Part shown: in pieces, positions 59,386 to 64,000 of the stretch
Layout: every line of letters begins with the position of its first letter
Numbering within the stretch: position 1 is the first letter of the stretch
From: a virus
Taxonomy: Duplodnaviria; Caudoviricetes
Strand: one strand, 5' to 3'
Virus record (IMG/VR): IMGVR_UViG_3300010346_001007
Span: 1 to 64,000 of that record
DNA length: 64,000 nucleotides
The notes under the pieces: generated by a model
What the model was told of the DNA's origin: nothing
What the model saw: only the letters and a program-made list of their open reading frames with translations
Database searches by the model: none
Translations under genes and position numbers: made by a program

Positions 59386-60324
59386 TTAAGAATCTATTGT
59401 CCATCCTAGATTTCTCAATCCTTGTATAGCTGCTTTACCTTGAGTTCCTATAGTATCAAGATCGGTTCCCTCAATATTTAAATAAGCTTTAGTTGTAGAT
59501 TCTTTACTTTGTGTATAAAATTGAGGCAATATTGAATCTAAAACGTCATTTGATAGATTTGTATTTTTAAGATTTATGTAGGATAAACTAATATTATTTG
59601 ACATTGTAAATTCTTCTAAAGAAGTACATCCTTCGAGAGACATAGATATAAAATTCTCATTTCCTATTACATCATATACTTTAAGTTGGGAACAACTATC
59701 AAATGTTAATCCGGCTAAAGTTGGACAATAATGTGAATGTACTTCAATTACATTAGATGAAGTATATGGAATTTTATATCCCGATCCAGTAAATACTACT
59801 CCCGAATCAATATTTCCTTTAAAATATGAACGAGAATCGAAAGTCCCGCTAAAATATGAATTGCTAATTATAGTTCCTGAAAATTCAATACTTCCCGTAA
59901 TTACTCCGGCCATACTTCCACTAAATATTCCAACTGCTTCTGATTGCTCAATTATAATCACATTGTTTTCAGACATTTCACCCACATGAAATATGGGTTC
60001 TGTATTGGGTGGAACTATATATGACCCACTAAAGTAAAAATGAGGAAATTGACCATCCAAAATAGATTCGCTTTGAATGGAACAACTTAAATCGAAACTG
60101 CCGGTTAAAGATCCACTAATTATTGAATCCTTTATTGATCCACTCATTAATGATTCACTTATAAATGATCCACTAATTATTGAATTTGAATAAATATAAG
60201 TCTCTGTTGATCCACTATTAATTTTAGTATATGAATGTCCATAAATAGGTGAAAAGGATCCACTGGGTTTCGGAATTATTATTTTGTTTTCAAATGCTAT
60301 CATAATATTATAAATTTGGGTCAA
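59386..60324 (-). CDS. probable virion protein with [ST]GS repeats and short LRR-like C-terminus
   Basis: about 10 SGS/TGS motifs; SLEGCTSLEEF...LSYINLKNTNL. Confidence 0.55.
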   Translation of the reverse strand: MTQIYNIMIAFENKIIIPKPSGSFSPIYGHSYTKINSGSTETYIYSNSIISGSFISESLMSGSIKDSIISGSLTGSFDLSCSIQSESILDGQFPHFYFSGSYIVPPNTEPIFHVGEMSENNVIIIEQSEAVGIFSGSMAGVITGSIEFSGTIISNSYFSGTFDSRSYFKGNIDSGVVFTGSGYKIPYTSSNVIEVHSHYCPTLAGLTFDSCSQLKVYDVIGNENFISMSLEGCTSLEEFTMSNNISLSYINLKNTNLSNDVLDSILPQFYTQSKESTTKAYLNIEGTDLDTIGTQGKAAIQGLRNLGWTIDS

Positions 60325-60628
60325 TTACAAGGATTAAAGTATTATTATATGGATCGGACAACCTTGGGTCAACAACTGTAGTTGTTCTTTCCAATTCAAA
60401 TTTAGATAATGTAGATTGGATTACTTTTATAGAAGGATCTATTGCAATAGATTTAATTCCTTTGAGTGGGGGTTGAAAGGTATAATATGCCTTTTTATAA
60501 TGGGTATCGATGACAAACCAAGGTTCTTCTTTGTAATCTAATTGTCCGACCCATCCGAGTTTTATAGCTAAAGATTTAGCCGGAATAAAATTAGTAGAAT
60601 CTATTGATATATAAATTTTCTTTATCAT
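60308..60628 (-). CDS. hypothetical late protein
   Basis: CTATTTATA 3 nt upstream of ATG. Confidence 0.55.
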   Translation of the reverse strand: MIKKIYISIDSTNFIPAKSLAIKLGWVGQLDYKEEPWFVIDTHYKKAYYTFQPPLKGIKSIAIDPSIKVIQSTLSKFELERTTTVVDPRLSDPYNNTLILVIDPNL

Positions 60629-60723
60629 ATCTATAAATAGTTTATATTTTTATAAAATTATAAAAAATAATTAAAAAGATTTACGAAATATAGAAATATA
60701 TTTATAAATACAGGAAATTTAAC

Positions 60724-61671
60724 ATGAAAAAAATATATGTTTCAATAATTGTTGCGGGATTGACAGCTTTATTAACAAGTTGTGCTATTTTTACAACAAA
60801 AGGGAAAGCCTCTATAGCCGAAGAAAAAGGCCGAATTAAAATTGTTGATTTAGAAGCTGCTCAATCAGAAAATGTAGCTAATAAGTTAGATGAAGTGGCT
60901 GGATGGGCATATGGTACGGATTATGCACTTAGTAAAGTAAATGAACCTTCTCAAGAAGTTATAGTTGCTAAAGATATAAATAGACGAGTTATTTCTCTTT
61001 CTGGAAGTCCTACTATTGAAAAAATGAAGGAAATGCAAGAAATGATTGATAAATTGACTTCCGATTTAGAATTGGAAAAGGAAATGGGGAAGAAAAAATT
61101 GGCCTCAAAAGATAAAGAAATACTACAATTGCAGAATGAAAGTAAAGCAATATCAAAGGCTAAAGAAGTTGAAATAAAAAAATATATGGATAAAGCGGCT
61201 GCCGCCGCTGCCGCCGCAGATGCATATAAATTCCAATTGAAAGAATATGAGGGTTGGTTTGGATTAAAAGCAGTAGTTAAAGGCTTATGGCAATTTATTC
61301 GTACATCAATGTGGTTTTTATTAGGAGGAAGTATTTTATTCTTTATTTTAAGAATGGCCGCATTTTCTAGTCCAATTGCAGCATCTATATTTAGTATATT
61401 TACTACTATAGCGGGCTGGATAATTAATATTATACAATTTATTGTTCCAAAAGCAGTTGAAGCAACGGGGTATATTACTAATAAGGCATTTAATGTTTAT
61501 AAAAGTGCCTTGTGGAAAGTTGTTGATGGAATTCAAATTATAAGATATAAAGCCGAAGAAACAGGAAAAACTCCAGATATTGAAGAAGCCATTGAAGAAA
61601 TTAGTAAAACAATGAGTCCAGAAGAGAAAGAAATTATTAATAATATAAAAAAGACATTAAATTGGAAATAG
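60724..61671 (+). CDS. lipoprotein with coiled coil and C-terminal TM segments (unimolecular spanin candidate)
   Basis: MKK + hydrophobic stretch + LTSC lipobox; hydrophobic region WFLLGG...IIQFIVP. Confidence 0.55.
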   Translation: MKKIYVSIIVAGLTALLTSCAIFTTKGKASIAEEKGRIKIVDLEAAQSENVANKLDEVAGWAYGTDYALSKVNEPSQEVIVAKDINRRVISLSGSPTIEKMKEMQEMIDKLTSDLELEKEMGKKKLASKDKEILQLQNESKAISKAKEVEIKKYMDKAAAAAAAADAYKFQLKEYEGWFGLKAVVKGLWQFIRTSMWFLLGGSILFFILRMAAFSSPIAASIFSIFTTIAGWIINIIQFIVPKAVEATGYITNKAFNVYKSALWKVVDGIQIIRYKAEETGKTPDIEEAIEEISKTMSPEEKEIINNIKKTLNWK

Positions 61672-61703
61672 TCAATACTATTTATATTTAATATTAAAGC
61701 ATT

Positions 61704-62387
61704 ATGAAAATTACAAAAAATCAACTAAAACGGGCAATTAAACAAATAGTAAGAGAAACTATTGAAGAGCGGCATGAGAAAAAGCAAACTCTTTTCAAAA
61801 AACATTTAACTGAGGCCGGATTAACTAGCGAAACTGAAAATCAAACTCAAGGTTATAATGAGAATGAAGAGATCATGCTTATTAAAGTAATGAAATTAAT
61901 TGCCGATAAATTGTTAGCCATGCACGGAAATCAAGCTACCCCAACAATTGGAATGGCAACGGCAGAATATCCCGCTGACAACCAGGAGGATAACCAATCT
62001 GATATGGAAATAGAAGCCGAACCGGAAGATGGCGATGATGGAAATGAGGGAGAAGAAATTCCTACAGATAATGACAATGTAGAAGAAATTCCATTGGGTG
62101 ATGAGGAGCCAGAAAATAATGTCGATGGAGATGAAGAAAATGAAGTTCCAGCCGATAATGAAACGCCGGAAGATAAAGAAGAAGACGAAGAAAATTTAGA
62201 AGAAGCTTCATATAAAAAAATTGCCAAGCGTGCATATGAAACTTCGAAAGATATGAAAGCTCGTACAATACAATATGATCCCGAAGTTACTGAAAACTTT
62301 AAAGTTCAAACTCGGTCTTATCGTACTTCAGATGATAATGCTAGTGATCCTAATAAAGTAAGGGACCCCGAAATTCCACAAGTATAA
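61704..62387 (+). CDS. highly acidic late protein (scaffold/internal head-like)
   Basis: MKITKNQLKRAIKQIVRE, long D/E tract, CTATTTATA upstream. Confidence 0.55.
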   Translation: MKITKNQLKRAIKQIVRETIEERHEKKQTLFKKHLTEAGLTSETENQTQGYNENEEIMLIKVMKLIADKLLAMHGNQATPTIGMATAEYPADNQEDNQSDMEIEAEPEDGDDGNEGEEIPTDNDNVEEIPLGDEEPENNVDGDEENEVPADNETPEDKEEDEENLEEASYKKIAKRAYETSKDMKARTIQYDPEVTENFKVQTRSYRTSDDNASDPNKVRDPEIPQV

Positions 62388-62473
62388 AATAAATAAATAA
62401 AAAAAGTTGATATTATGTTCATGATAGGGCATAATATATATGTTATAGGTTAAATTATAAATAAAGGATCTTT

Positions 62474-62770
62474 ATGTCATTATATGTAATTGATACAACA
62501 TTAAATCCTCCACAAGAAAAGAGATTTATTAATTACTCCGATCTTGTATTATATTTGGATGGAATGTCTCAAAGAGCATTTGGACAAACACGAAAACAAC
62601 GTACTATATTATTAGAAGAATGTGGGCATGGGGCCGATGATAGAAACTCAACATTGTTTGTAAGATCCATGCAAGAGCAATTCCAAATAGGAATTGTTAG
62701 AGATGGTCGCCTAGTACGATGCGATGTTACCGCTCTCATTTCATTTCAAAAACCCGAATTTGGGGATTAA
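62474..62770 (+). CDS. hypothetical protein
   Basis: ORF with AAGGA; TTGATA-17-CATAAT at 62407-62435. Confidence 0.55.
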   Translation: MSLYVIDTTLNPPQEKRFINYSDLVLYLDGMSQRAFGQTRKQRTILLEECGHGADDRNSTLFVRSMQEQFQIGIVRDGRLVRCDVTALISFQKPEFGD

Positions 62771-62790
62771 TATTGTTAGTCTAATTAGTT

Positions 62791-64000
62791 ATGGATATTA
62801 AATGGAGTGATCCATATTCTATGAAAATAGGGTTTCGCACCGTATGGCGAAGAGAGTGGTGTATTCCTCCCTCCATGTTAGAATCGTTTTTCATGTTCTG
62901 GAAACGTAACCGATTTAAGATGTTAGCCAATGGATTTACGGTTACTAAAAGTTCTAATACTGGAAAATGGTTTTTATTTGAAACTAAAGATAATATAAAA
63001 TTATTTGATTCTTTTAGTTTGGAGGAACCTTCGCTCCCCGTAGATTCTTTTGTATTACCGGATTATCAAATTAAGAATATACAAGGATTGCGTACTTGGC
63101 AAGTAGAATCTGCCGGAAAATTATGTGCAGCAATTAAGCATTGGGGCGCAGCCATTGATGGTAGCGATACTGGATGTCATGCTAAGGGTCAGCCAATTTT
63201 AATGGCTAATGGAACTATTAAAAAAGTTGAAGATATTATTGTTGGTGATATTATAATGGGATGGCAGGGACCTCAAATAGTAACAGAATTAAAACGTGGT
63301 CGACAGAGAATGGCTAAAATAATCCCTAAAAAAGGCAAATCTTTCATTGTAAATTTAGATCATATTTTAACTGTTGCATTGACCAACAGTTGTTCTAAAA
63401 CACATAAAACTACGGGAGGGTATTGTTATGGTAGTATTGTGGACATTAAAGTTAAAGATTATCTTAAATTATGTAATGCTACTAAACATGCAATGAAATT
63501 ATTCTCGGTTGCAGTAAATAATTGGGAGAGTAAAAATTTACCTTTTAGTCCATATTTTGTGGGTGCTTTACTCGGAGATGGAGGAATGTCAACACGATCT
63601 ACAGTTACATTTACATCTAAAAAAAGTGTAATTTGGGAAATGATTTCCAATGAATGTAATGAAAATGGATGGAAACTTGGGACTACAAAAGAGAACATTA
63701 CACGAAGAATAACTAATGCTCCAACATTATTTAAATGGTTAAGAGATAATAATTTGTTGCCAGTTTCATGTGCAAATAAATTTATTCCTCACAATTATAA
63801 AACGGGAAGTCAAGAGCAACGATTACAATTATTGGCCGGTTTGTTGGATACCGACGGTTATTATCATCGTAACAATGGATATGAAATAACATTAAAATCT
63901 TCTCGATTATCGGAAGATATAGTATTTGTTGCCCGATCCCTTGGATTATCAGCATATACTAACCCCTGTAAGAAAAAAAGTAGTACTGGAGTAATAGGAG
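62791..64000 (+). CDS. SF2 helicase, intein-containing, runs off the window
   Basis: open frame MDIKWSDP...; Q motif LRTWQ; Walker A start AIDGSDTG then intein; not in ORF track. Confidence 0.75.
   Translation, partial: MDIKWSDPYSMKIGFRTVWRREWCIPPSMLESFFMFWKRNRFKMLANGFTVTKSSNTGKWFLFETKDNIKLFDSFSLEEPSLPVDSFVLPDYQIKNIQGLRTWQVESAGKLCAAIKHWGAAIDGSDTGCHAKGQPILMANGTIKKVEDIIVGDIIMGWQGPQIVTELKRGRQRMAKIIPKKGKSFIVNLDHILTVALTNSCSKTHKTTGGYCYGSIVDIKVKDYLKLCNATKHAMKLFSVAVNNWESKNLPFSPYFVGALLGDGGMSTRSTVTFTSKKSVIWEMISNECNENGWKLGTTKENITRRITNAPTLFKWLRDNNLLPVSCANKFIPHNYKTGSQEQRLQLLAGLLDTDGYYHRNNGYEITLKSSRLSEDIVFVARSLGLSAYTNPCKKKSSTGVIG
63175..64000 (+). mobile_element. intein with LAGLIDADG endonuclease (partial)
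   Basis: CHAKGQPILMANG start, NLDHIL block B, VGALLGDG and LAGLLDTDG. Confidence 0.9.

Noticed and set aside
1-64000. Stop-codon reassignment or tRNA genes
   Set aside because: Conserved genes are full length under code 11 and TAA, TAG and TGA all end genes; no cloverleaf recognised by eye

Overview
AT-rich segment of a large contractile-tailed (T4-like or jumbo-type) bacteriophage genome, standard genetic code. It carries: a tail sheath gene; a T4-style replisome (family B polymerase, sliding clamp, both clamp-loader subunits, dNMP kinase, dUTPase, Cas4/RecB-like nuclease, SF2 helicase); a MoxR AAA+/VWA pair; many acidic late proteins; and two glycan islands with about 15 glycosyltransferase-like genes, 5 methyltransferases, a radical SAM enzyme and an RfbB/RfbH/split-transketolase/SDR pathway. 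Two promoter classes are visible: sigma70-like TTGACA-17-TATAAT, and a (A/C)TATTTATA motif before virion-type genes. Main observations: (1) the polymerase is split into two genes around a free-standing His-Me endonuclease, with no intein or intron, and the break lies inside a tandemly duplicated subdomain that could reassemble by strand complementation; (2) an IS605 derivative (intact TnpB, collapsed tnpA) and a 49-bp left/right-end fusion mini-element bracket a GC-richer, 5'-truncated gene fragment; (3) an orphan structured RNA candidate with its own promoter motif and terminator; (4) a candidate branched-chain dideoxysugar pathway with an intein in the catalytic YxxxK motif of its dehydratase. 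All calls come from reading motifs by eye; no searches were run.
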